This document shows, piece by piece, positions 1 through 8,139 of a stretch of DNA of 38,031 nucleotides; the first letter of the stretch is position 1, and every line of letters starts with the position of its first letter. Made by a program: the position numbers and the translations under genes. The DNA is from a virus. The stretch is from IMG/VR virus record IMGVR_UViG_3300014202_000415. One strand, written 5' to 3'. The notes beneath the pieces are model-generated. The model saw only the letters and a list, made by a program, of their open reading frames with translations, did not search any database and was not told the origin of the DNA.

Positions 1-91
1 GCAATTACTTGAGGCACGCAGTGAAGTTGCTGAGTACAAACGCCAAAAACAGCAACTCTATACCCGCATACGCATTTTACTAAGCACCATA
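1..91. repeat. Terminal 91-bp direct overlap, copy 1 (identical to 37941..38031); signature of a circularly closed assembly
   Basis: Bases 1-91 (gcaattacttgagg...agcaccata) recur exactly at 37941-38031. They lie inside an ORF that stays open across the junction. Confidence 0.9.
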
Positions 92-154
92 AGCAAACTA
101 GAGGCAGCAGAGCGGGGGTTAAAAACCCCTTTACAAAAGAAACCCACGGCGTAA
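1..154 (+). CDS. 3' part of the junction-spanning gene (ATG at 37843); 83-aa coiled-coil protein once 37843..37940 is joined to 1..154
   Basis: The frame starting at base 2 is open to TAA 152-154. The joined product MQAAQQLLVLQADIRQLERKKGNLL...ILLSTISKLEAAERGLKTPLQKKPTA has a heptad-like Leu/Gln/Arg pattern. It follows the tail-fibre genes. Confidence 0.55.
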   Translation, partial: QLLEARSEVAEYKRQKQQLYTRIRILLSTISKLEAAERGLKTPLQKKPTA

Positions 155-307
155 TACTGGTTATAGCTACCAGCTCGAGCCCGTTTGACGGATTAGCGGG
201 GTAGCTGCAACCACCATAATTACTATTCAAGTACAGTGTACCCGTATGCTCGAGCCCGAGTTTGGGGCGGGCGGGTGCACTAAATAACATATTGGTAGCA
301 ATACCAC

Positions 308-336
308 TTGACAACCACCTAACATTGTGATACTTT
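308..336 (+). promoter_or_regulatory. Sigma70-type promoter, TTGACA-17-TACTTT, with the CTAACA spacer motif
   Basis: TTGACAACCACCTAACATTGTGATACTTT; identical at 19 of the first 20 positions to the promoter at 13657. About 85 nt upstream of ATG 422. Confidence 0.55.
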
Positions 337-421
337 TTTAGCATGATGCCTATGAGCCTTACCCCTTTGACCTCACGTAACCAATTATATAAATCCCAAT
401 TACCCAAAGGAGGGCAATAGT

Positions 422-1168
422 ATGGAAAGCCTAAATGACATTGTGGCGCTCAAAAACCTAGATAGTGTTGACTTTATGTTTATGTATGACAAGCGCGAGT
501 ATTACATACCCGCGGGCCAAATTAAGCGCTTCCCACGCTTCTTAGCCGACCATTGCCTCAAGCACTTTATTGACTACCTTATAACTAAAAACGGGGGCCG
601 TACCAACAACGTAGACCTGCGCAAAGAGTGGGCGGCTAAAATTGTTATTGAGGTGGAAACGTTTGACGAGCCGCCGCGCAAAAGCGCTGCTGATGAGTTA
701 GATGAGAGGGTGGGTAACATGAACCGTAAAAGTGACCTCGACAGCATATTAGGGCGACACCGTGAGGCAGTAGACCAACGGCCATACCAGGTTAAAGTAG
801 ACGGCAAGGGCCAAGAGATTAAGGACAGTGCCGTGGTTATTGAGCCACCCGCACCTAAAACACCCCCGCCAGCAGCTCCTACAACCCCTGCACAGCCCGC
901 AAAGGCTACAGAGGGTGCAGACGGTGGCAATGATGAGTTTGACGGGTTAAGCGACCCTACACAGCCTAAGCCAGGTGAGCCAACAGCGGCACCCGCGGCA
1001 GAGTTGCCGACCAAGGCGCAACTGCTTGAGTACGCTGTTAAAGTAGTGGGTATGACCAAAACAAATGACAAGGGCGAGGTGGATAAGTCGTGGAAAACGT
1101 TAGAGCGCATGACTGTACCGCAGCTTATAAAGGAGCTACAGTACCCTTTGCCTGGTGAGGACGAGTAA
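422..1168 (+). CDS. Hypothetical protein with a Pro/Ala-rich central linker (virion-associated by position)
   Basis: 248-aa ORF with an AAAGGAGGG SD about 6 nt upstream. No recognisable catalytic motif. Confidence 0.7.
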   Translation: MESLNDIVALKNLDSVDFMFMYDKREYYIPAGQIKRFPRFLADHCLKHFIDYLITKNGGRTNNVDLRKEWAAKIVIEVETFDEPPRKSAADELDERVGNMNRKSDLDSILGRHREAVDQRPYQVKVDGKGQEIKDSAVVIEPPAPKTPPPAAPTTPAQPAKATEGADGGNDEFDGLSDPTQPKPGEPTAAPAAELPTKAQLLEYAVKVVGMTKTNDKGEVDKSWKTLERMTVPQLIKELQYPLPGEDE

Positions 1169-1201
1169 ACCATTATATTGTTTGCATTATAAGGAGGGCC
1201 T

Positions 1202-2125
1202 ATGACCGATGCACTAAACCTTGACGACATAAGACTAAAAAGCGTTGAGAGCATGACTGACGCTGAAAAAGATTTTTTGGTGGAAAACAAAGCCGAGCTG
1301 ACAAAAGAGGAGCTGGCCGCGTTTACCGAGTTTATACCTGCTGACGACACAGCGGGTGACGAGGGGGAAGATGACGAGGAGGGCGAAGACGAGGGCGATG
1401 ATAAAGACAAGCAGCCCGCGTTTAAAACGGTTGAGGAGGCTAATAAGTGGCTTGCTGATAAGAAAAAAGAGTGGGAAACCGAGGAGGCAAAAAAAGAGGC
1501 AGACGCTAAGGCTGAGGCAGACCGCAAAGCTAAAGAGGGTGAGGTGCCCGAGTATTTTAAAGCAGGGTACAAACCGAAAGACTGGAACCAATTTACCCAT
1601 GACTTTATACCTATTTTGGTAAACAACCTGGTTAAAAATACCGAGTTTAGCGCGGGTATACGTGACGCGCTCGGGCAGCAAACCGTTGCAGAGCGTGAGC
1701 GTGTAGATAAAATAAATACCGAGTTTGACACTGAGTTAGCGGCAATGCACAAGGAGGGGCTGGTACCCGACCCTGCAACTGACGAGGGCAAAAAAGTGGA
1801 TAAAATGCTTACAACCATTGGTGCCATGCTTGGGTTAGGCTCTATGCGCGATGCGTATACCGCGGCCCAAAACCTTGGTAAAACCACTGGTGTAGACTTT
1901 TTAAAGGGTGGTAAGCCTGTTGCTGATGACGGGGCGGGCGGTGGTGAGGGCGGCGAGGGTGATGATAAAAAAAGCGATATGGCTACCCAAAAGAAAAAGG
2001 CGGGGCTTATTGGTAAGGGTGGCAGTGGTGCCCCAGCCAAAAAAGGTGAGAAAAACTATAAAGAAACGCACGGGCGCTCACTTGACGACATTATGGCTGA
2101 TGCAACAGCCAAATTAGAGGAGTAA
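1202..2125 (+). CDS. Highly acidic Glu/Lys/Asp-rich protein (scaffolding-like or internal virion protein)
   Basis: 307-aa ORF with a TAAGGAGGG SD. Long DEGEDDEEGEDEGDD and KKEADAKAEADRKAKE tracts. Function inferred only from composition. Confidence 0.65.
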   Translation: MTDALNLDDIRLKSVESMTDAEKDFLVENKAELTKEELAAFTEFIPADDTAGDEGEDDEEGEDEGDDKDKQPAFKTVEEANKWLADKKKEWETEEAKKEADAKAEADRKAKEGEVPEYFKAGYKPKDWNQFTHDFIPILVNNLVKNTEFSAGIRDALGQQTVAERERVDKINTEFDTELAAMHKEGLVPDPATDEGKKVDKMLTTIGAMLGLGSMRDAYTAAQNLGKTTGVDFLKGGKPVADDGAGGGEGGEGDDKKSDMATQKKKAGLIGKGGSGAPAKKGEKNYKETHGRSLDDIMADATAKLEE

Positions 2126-2129
2126 CCTT

Positions 2130-2327
2130 ATGGAAATAAAAGATATGCCTATAGCAGAGCGCGTTAAAGGCTTCCAAAAAGAGTATAACGAGCTTGCTAC
2201 AAAATGGGGCTGCGATTTTGCCTCAATACTCAAAGCAAGCGCGAGTGCTATAGAGGCGCAAATAGCCGTAAAAGACCTGTGGGATAAGAGAGAGGCCGCA
2301 GGCCATTTAGACAAACTGCCAAACTAG
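2130..2327 (+). CDS. Hypothetical small protein
   Basis: 65-aa ORF with a GAGGAG SD 7 nt upstream; last gene before the terminator at 2362. Confidence 0.6.
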   Translation: MEIKDMPIAERVKGFQKEYNELATKWGCDFASILKASASAIEAQIAVKDLWDKREAAGHLDKLPN

Positions 2328-2334
2328 CTGTAAG

Positions 2335-2344
2335 GTGATATAAT
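2335..2344 (+). promoter_or_regulatory. Extended -10 promoter GTGATATAAT (late class)
   Basis: Exact copy of the 10-mer found at 8 sites. Here it is followed by a hairpin rather than by an ATG. Confidence 0.55.
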
Positions 2345-2361
2345 AAGAGTACGAGGTAATT

Positions 2362-2386
2362 AGCCCGCAACCAGCGGGCTTTTTGT
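2362..2386 (+). terminator. Intrinsic terminator-like hairpin plus U-tract, part of the conserved element 2351-2386
   Basis: AGCCCGC-aacca-GCGGGCT gives a 7-bp stem, followed by TTTTTG. Near-identical element at 32100-32136. Confidence 0.7.
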
Positions 2387-2391
2387 GGTTT

Positions 2392-3297
2392 ATGCTTACA
2401 TACAGCCTATTACAAACGACCTGCCAGGAGGAGAGTAGCGACACAAGCGCGCCCTCACTCTCATTTTTTAAACGTAACATTAACGTAGGGCTGGTGACGC
2501 TGCAAGGCGCTTTGGGCTCGTATTACACCAATGACACCAAAACCGACACCACCATAGCTGGTACCAGCAGTTACAGGTTGCCAGTAAACTGTATACGGTT
2601 AAAGGCCCTCACCATTACAGTAAGTAACATAGAGTACCCAGCGGCAGAGATATACGATGAGGCATTATGGCGCTCTATAAAGGGCAATGCAATTGCACAA
2701 ACGGGCGATATACCCATGTATTATTTTGCACGGCGCGACACGGTAGAGGTTTACCCCACACCAGCAAGTAGCAGCAACACTATTACGCTCTATTTTGAGA
2801 GTGGAGGCAAGGAGTTGGTTGCTGACGACTACACTGACGGTACAATTTTAACGCTTGCTAACCTTGGTACAGCGGTTACGGGCAGCGGCACGACATGGAC
2901 GAGCGCAATGGCAAATAGGTATTTGCGCATAAGCAGTGAGGGTAACTGGTACAAAATAGCCTCTTTTGGTACAACAACCACCCTAACACTGGCAGACAAG
3001 TACCAGGGCATAGCCATTGCGGCAGGCAGTGAGGCATACCGTATTGGTGAGGTACCCAATACCCCGCAGGCAACCCATATTTTACCCGCGTATTTTGCCT
3101 TATGGCGCTATTACGGTGGGGTTAAAAAGGACGCAACCCGCGAGCTACAGTACAGAAAAAATTGGGAGGACGGCCTGAAAGACGCGGTGGCTACCTATGG
3201 CATACGGTACTCCTCAAAGGTGATACCAAGTACACGGGGGCTGCGGCGCGGTATACGGTACTCAAACCCGAACTGGAACCCGCAGGGCATGACATGA
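2392..3297 (+). CDS. Putative head-tail adaptor / tail tubular A-like structural protein
   Basis: 301-aa ORF from ATG 2392 (the ORF track starts at TTG 2383). It lies immediately upstream of the giant tail protein. Assignment is by position only. Confidence 0.6.
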   Translation: MLTYSLLQTTCQEESSDTSAPSLSFFKRNINVGLVTLQGALGSYYTNDTKTDTTIAGTSSYRLPVNCIRLKALTITVSNIEYPAAEIYDEALWRSIKGNAIAQTGDIPMYYFARRDTVEVYPTPASSSNTITLYFESGGKELVADDYTDGTILTLANLGTAVTGSGTTWTSAMANRYLRISSEGNWYKIASFGTTTTLTLADKYQGIAIAAGSEAYRIGEVPNTPQATHILPAYFALWRYYGGVKKDATRELQYRKNWEDGLKDAVATYGIRYSSKVIPSTRGLRRGIRYSNPNWNPQGMT

Positions 3298-3301
3298 AAT
3301 T

Positions 3302-6300
3302 ATGGCTAAACAAGTGGTATCGCAAACAAAGTTTTTGGGCATTGCAGACTACGAGAAAGAGGGCGTAGAGTTTACCTATGCGTTTGGCCGTAGTGTAGAC
3401 TACCGCACTAACCCCCGCCGTTTAACGTTATTACCCCGCACAGCAAAAGAGAGTGGCAGCGTGGTTACTGGCCTCATTAAGTGGTTTGAGGAGCATAACG
3501 GCGTAGTGTACGGGTATGACGCAAGCGGCCACCTATACAGCCGCACCAGCACGCCTACGTGGACTGACTTACGCACAGTGGCTAACAGCAGTGGTAACGG
3601 GCTTGGGTATTTTGGTGAGGACGATTACCTCTATTACCCCACTGACAAGGTTATAGGGCGTTATGGCCCGCTTGGTGGCACCCCCTCGTTTGCTGACGAC
3701 TTTTTAGGGGCACAGGGCGGCGTACCAACCAATACACACGCATTAGACCTTGAGAGTGGCAGCAGCCAATACGCGAGCCGCGCAGATACGTCCTCATTAT
3801 CTATTACGGGCGACTTGGCATTAGAGATTTACGCCAAGCCCGAGAGCCTGCCTACCGCGGGTAACAGCATGGTGTTAATGAGCAAGTGGGATACCAACAG
3901 CGATGAGCGTAGTTACCGTTTTGAGTTATACGCCGTAAGCGGGTATTTTGGTGACGGCTCGGATAGCTCACTTACCATAAGCAGTAATACCACTGAGGCA
4001 CCCATAGACAGTAGCGCCAGCGGTACCAGCGGCGCGTACAGCCTCACCGCGACCAATGCGAGTTTTGCGACAGGGCAGGAGATTTTGATACACCAAACAC
4101 GGGGCACGGGTGCTGGTACGTGGCAGCGCACCACTATTGCTGGGTATACGGCTGGCACCATTACTACCGAAGACCCTCTAAATTATGACTATGCCACCAG
4201 CGGCGCTAATTGTGCACAGGTAAGAGTTTTGCCGCAATATACAAGCGTCACTATTAACAGCGGTATAACCTATACGGCAAAGGCGTGGGACGGCACCGTT
4301 GGCGGTATATTGGCGTTTTTGGCAAACTCAACAGGTACCGTTACTGGAACAATAAGCGCGGAGGGTAAAGGGTTTAGGGGTGGGGTTGGCTCGACTGGCG
4401 CTGACGGCTCCACGCCAACAACGGGGTATGCTGGTGAGGGCACCACTGGTGCAACAGTACAGCAACAAACCGCAAATGGTAACGGCGGCGGTAGTGGTAA
4501 TAACAACCGCGGCCCTTACGGTGGTACGGCCTCGGGCGCTGGCGGTGGCGGTGGTAACGGGTTAGCAGGTAGTGAGGGCGGGCCAAACGGTACGGTTGGG
4601 GGTGACCCAGGCGGTACAGCAGGTAATACAGGCCTAACCAGCATGGTGTTTGGTGGGGGCGGCGGCGCGGGTGGGTGTGATTGGCCTAGTGGTTCTGGTA
4701 ACACTGGCGGTACAGGCGGTAGAGGTGGGGGCATTGTCTTTTTAACAATTGCTGACCTAACCGTAACTGGTGCAATAAACGTAAATGGGGCAGTAGGGGG
4801 CAACGCTTCGGGCTCTAACACAAATAACGGTGGTGCGGGTGGTGGTGGTGGCTCTGCGCTTTTGAAATCTCAAACGGCTACACTAGGTACTGGTTTGATA
4901 ACGGCGAGCGCTGGAACTGGCGGGAGCGCCACAGGTAGCGGCTCGGTTGGTGCAACTGGTGGGGTTGGCCGTATACACCTTGACTACTATACGAGCTACA
5001 CAGGTACAACAACCCCCACGCTTGACGTGGCACAAGACGACACGCTGGTAACCAACACCACATACCAATTACGGTTAATGCTCTCAAGTGACGGCTCTAA
5101 CAGTGAAACATTGGCAAAAGCCGTAAGCATTACCGCTGGCACATATTACCGCTTCCATGTGTCATGGGACGCGAGCGCCGCAACCGCTACGTTTTTCCTT
5201 AATGGTGTAAGCCAGGGTAGCAAAACAGGTGCGTTTACGGCTATTTATAACAGTACCGCGGCGTTTGCCTTGGGCTGCTCGTTTGGTGCGTCAAGTACGG
5301 CAGAAAACTTTTTTGACGGGCTTTTAGACGATGGGCGCGTATGGAATACCGAGCGTACGGAGGCACAATTTTACCAGTACCTCAACCGTGAGCTTGCGGG
5401 TACCGAAGCGGGGCTAGTGGCATACTACCAACTCGACAACAACGCAGACGACAGTACCAGTAATGCAAACCACCTTACTGCCACGGGCTCACCTGTGTAT
5501 AGCACTACGGTAGCCTTTGCTGGGCCAACCTCACGGCTTGACCTTGACCAAGAGTTAAATACCAGTGGCAATACATACACCACGCCAGTAGCTATAAGTG
5601 AAACGGCAACACACAGGCAAACGTTTGTGCCAACAAAAGACCCGCAAAAGAGCGTAGAGGTGTTGGTGGCTGGTAAGGGTACTGGTGACTGGACGCTGAC
5701 GGTGCACGATGCGCAAAACCGAGTTATGGCAACCAAAACGCTGACCAATGCGCAAATGAGCGCTGGGGATATTGAGTTTACATTTAGTAGTGTTTGGCGC
5801 CCTGTTATAGGACAAACGTACCACTTCCATATTACCAGTACGGTTAATGACGGCACGGTAACTACAACAACCTCGAGTGACTTGGAAACGGTAGACTACC
5901 ACACCTACTACCAGTTTTTAGTAGACGATGTGTACCACCCGACTAAGCAAATAATAAACGTGCTGGCTATTGGTAATGAGCGGTATTTAGCTACGTATGA
6001 CGGCAGCAGCTACGACCCACACAGGCTTACGTTACCCTCGGGGCACCGTATACGGGCGTTGGCACGGTGGAATGAGTACCTGGCTATTGGCACGTGGCAG
6101 GGCACCACGGTAAAGAGTAAAGACAAAGGGCACATATTTTTATGGAATGGCTACAGTAAAACGTACGATTTTGATTTTGAGGTACCCGAGGGGGCCATAA
6201 ACGCCTTGCAGGGTAATGAGGGTGTGCTGCACATGATAGTTGGGCACAAAGGCCAACACCTCAAGTATATTGGCGGCAATAAACCTACCCCCGTACGGCG

Positions 6301-6940
6301 TGTACCTAAAATGACTGACGCAACTTATATTGAGGTATACCCTGGTGCTATGACCATGTGGGGGGCGTTACTGCGCACAGGGTGGGCAGGTAACAGCGAC
6401 AATAGCGTAGTTGAGCGCGGCGTATATACCTATGGCACCATAACCGACACACAGCCTGAAACGTTGTCATACGACTACCCGATAAGTACGGGCACCAGGA
6501 CGGGTACAGGGGTGCAAATTGGTGCCGTCATACCTGTTAATGACCAACTACTCATAAGCTGGAAAGACGGGGTGGCATACGGTGTTGACGTGGTAGACCC
6601 AACAGCAGCCCCGTTTGCAACTGGTACGCTTGAGTTGCTTATTGGCGATAACAGCGAGATTTGGCGCGAAAAACTGTTTGACGTTGCACGGGGTGATTTT
6701 GAAGCACTAAACAGCGGCGAGAGTATGACCGTTAAATATAAGCTCGACAAAGCAAGCAACTGGACGAGTAGTGACGCAGAGGCTACCGCAGGGGCTAAAA
6801 AGGTGCGGTTACCCGTATTGGGTACTCGGTATAAAGAGGCACAAGTGGCAATAGACTTTGCCACCTCGGTAAGCACGAGCCCTGCCCTATTGGGCCTGGG
6901 GTACTCGTTTGACGACAACAAAACAGAGGAGGATTTTTAA
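3302..6940 (+). CDS. Giant tail (nozzle / tubular B-like) protein with inserted LamG domains and a glycine-rich domain
   Basis: 1212-aa ORF. LamG-type signature NFFDGLLDDGRVWN...YYQLD plus an earlier LamG-like segment. About 200 aa of GGxGG-rich sequence (nt 4366-4985). The N- and C-terminal parts have a repetitive beta-strand (propeller-like) pattern. Confidence 0.8.
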   Translation: MAKQVVSQTKFLGIADYEKEGVEFTYAFGRSVDYRTNPRRLTLLPRTAKESGSVVTGLIKWFEEHNGVVYGYDASGHLYSRTSTPTWTDLRTVANSSGNGLGYFGEDDYLYYPTDKVIGRYGPLGGTPSFADDFLGAQGGVPTNTHALDLESGSSQYASRADTSSLSITGDLALEIYAKPESLPTAGNSMVLMSKWDTNSDERSYRFELYAVSGYFGDGSDSSLTISSNTTEAPIDSSASGTSGAYSLTATNASFATGQEILIHQTRGTGAGTWQRTTIAGYTAGTITTEDPLNYDYATSGANCAQVRVLPQYTSVTINSGITYTAKAWDGTVGGILAFLANSTGTVTGTISAEGKGFRGGVGSTGADGSTPTTGYAGEGTTGATVQQQTANGNGGGSGNNNRGPYGGTASGAGGGGGNGLAGSEGGPNGTVGGDPGGTAGNTGLTSMVFGGGGGAGGCDWPSGSGNTGGTGGRGGGIVFLTIADLTVTGAINVNGAVGGNASGSNTNNGGAGGGGGSALLKSQTATLGTGLITASAGTGGSATGSGSVGATGGVGRIHLDYYTSYTGTTTPTLDVAQDDTLVTNTTYQLRLMLSSDGSNSETLAKAVSITAGTYYRFHVSWDASAATATFFLNGVSQGSKTGAFTAIYNSTAAFALGCSFGASSTAENFFDGLLDDGRVWNTERTEAQFYQYLNRELAGTEAGLVAYYQLDNNADDSTSNANHLTATGSPVYSTTVAFAGPTSRLDLDQELNTSGNTYTTPVAISETATHRQTFVPTKDPQKSVEVLVAGKGTGDWTLTVHDAQNRVMATKTLTNAQMSAGDIEFTFSSVWRPVIGQTYHFHITSTVNDGTVTTTTSSDLETVDYHTYYQFLVDDVYHPTKQIINVLAIGNERYLATYDGSSYDPHRLTLPSGHRIRALARWNEYLAIGTWQGTTVKSKDKGHIFLWNGYSKTYDFDFEVPEGAINALQGNEGVLHMIVGHKGQHLKYIGGNKPTPVRRVPKMTDATYIEVYPGAMTMWGALLRTGWAGNSDNSVVERGVYTYGTITDTQPETLSYDYPISTGTRTGTGVQIGAVIPVNDQLLISWKDGVAYGVDVVDPTAAPFATGTLELLIGDNSEIWREKLFDVARGDFEALNSGESMTVKYKLDKASNWTSSDAEATAGAKKVRLPVLGTRYKEAQVAIDFATSVSTSPALLGLGYSFDDNKTEEDF

Positions 6941-6941
6941 C

Positions 6942-7178
6942 ATGGACGAGCAAAAAATACGGCAGTTGATACGTGATGAGTTAAGCAGGTTGCACCAAAG
7001 CCAAATACCCGCTGGTACCATAAAACAGCGGCATATTGACGGCATGGTAATTACCCGAGGGTTGGCCGCAGACCTGCCAACAGACGGTGAGCAGGGCATA
7101 CAGGCGTATTTTGCTACCGATACTAACGTGCTCTATATTTGGAATGATAGCGCGTGGGTGAGCGAAACGTTGACGTGA
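6942..7178 (+). CDS. Small tail-fibre-like protein
   Basis: 78 aa from ATG 6942 with an AGAGGAGGA SD. The C-terminal ...YFATDTNVLYIWNDSAW motif resembles motifs common in phage fibre proteins. Confidence 0.6.
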   Translation: MDEQKIRQLIRDELSRLHQSQIPAGTIKQRHIDGMVITRGLAADLPTDGEQGIQAYFATDTNVLYIWNDSAWVSETLT

Positions 7179-7184
7179 TATAAT
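7175..7184 (+). promoter_or_regulatory. Late promoter GTGATATAAT, 7 nt from ATG 7192 (leaderless)
   Basis: TTGACGTGATATAAT-taagtgt-ATGGCA. Confidence 0.65.
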
Positions 7185-7191
7185 TAAGTGT

Positions 7192-8136
7192 ATGGCAGAT
7201 ACAGAGTTTCAACAATTAGCTAAGACAGACCGAAACCCCGCACAGGAAACGAGGTACCAGGAATTGTTAAAAACGCAGGGCGGCAGCGCTGGTGGTATCT
7301 CGCTTAATGATGTGGGCGGCAGCGCGGTAGACTTTGCTAAAGGGTTAAATGCAAGCGAGGACGAGGCATTTAACCAGTACGTTATGAGCCTGCGGGCACA
7401 GGCTAAACCCCTTGATATTTTTACCTCACTTGAGCAAAACGCTGGCTTACCCGAGATGCGCAAAACAGCCACAACCCTACGGGGCCAGGTAGGCAGTATT
7501 GAGGATTTACTTAGCCAGGTAGAGGGTGACGTAAGCGCTACAACCCGTGACAGCTTGGTAACTGAGGCACAACGGCGCGGTATGGTTAGTGCCAAAAAAG
7601 AGCCGTGGATTGAGCGACTAAATAAACTGGCAACCTCACTTGGGCGGGTAGAGCAAGGTATAAGCGCCGCTGGTGCCGATATTAGCCAACGCACGGGGTT
7701 GGTATTACAGGGGCAGCAGCAAGAGTTAGAGCCCTATAAAATGAAAATACAGGTCATGGCTGACCGCAGCGCACGGCTTATGACAGGGTTTACCTCAGAC
7801 CGTGAGGCCAACCTAACTATACTTATGGATAAATTACAACGGGAGCGCCAGCTCGATGATAGAGAGTGGCAAGAGGCAAGCGACCTGGCACAAAGCAAGC
7901 TCGAGTTTGACCAGCAAAAAGAGTTATTAGCCTCAAAATTGGAAACACAAATAGTAGAGCGTGGCGGGCGCAAGGTACTACTTAATATGCAGACAGGTGC
8001 AGTGGTAGCCGACCTTGGCGCAACTGGTGGCGGCGGTGGGGTACCAGCAAACCTTGGTAGTTACTATGGCACCACCACAACAACTAACCCACAAAGCAGT
8101 GGCAGTAGTATAACCGACCTATGGAATGTGGGGTAA
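7192..8136 (+). CDS. Hypothetical virion protein with coiled-coil segments
   Basis: 314-aa ORF. The start ATGGCA lies directly behind a -10 box. Confidence 0.7.
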   Translation: MADTEFQQLAKTDRNPAQETRYQELLKTQGGSAGGISLNDVGGSAVDFAKGLNASEDEAFNQYVMSLRAQAKPLDIFTSLEQNAGLPEMRKTATTLRGQVGSIEDLLSQVEGDVSATTRDSLVTEAQRRGMVSAKKEPWIERLNKLATSLGRVEQGISAAGADISQRTGLVLQGQQQELEPYKMKIQVMADRSARLMTGFTSDREANLTILMDKLQRERQLDDREWQEASDLAQSKLEFDQQKELLASKLETQIVERGGRKVLLNMQTGAVVADLGATGGGGGVPANLGSYYGTTTTTNPQSSGSSITDLWNVG

Positions 8137-8139
8137 CGT

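Noticed and set aside
1-91. The terminal 91-bp repeat considered as a biological direct terminal repeat or as mobile-element ends.
   Set aside because: The repeat sits in the middle of a coding frame that continues seamlessly across the junction. Its length is typical of an assembler k-mer overlap on a circular or permuted molecule. The true termini need read-level analysis.
574-2040. 488-aa ORF on the minus strand, the longest antisense ORF.
   Set aside because: It lies opposite two + strand genes that have strong SDs. Its translation is low-complexity Ser/Pro/Ala, and it has no start context. It is a by-product of codon bias in the sense genes.
4270-4821. Pro-rich minus-strand ORFs and short + strand alternative-frame ORFs in the glycine-rich region. 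I also considered whether this repetitive GGT/GGC DNA is a tandem repeat or CRISPR-like array.
   Set aside because: They mirror GGN-rich sense codons. The repeats are irregular at the nucleotide level, with no spacer/repeat periodicity. The sense ORF is continuous for 1212 codons.
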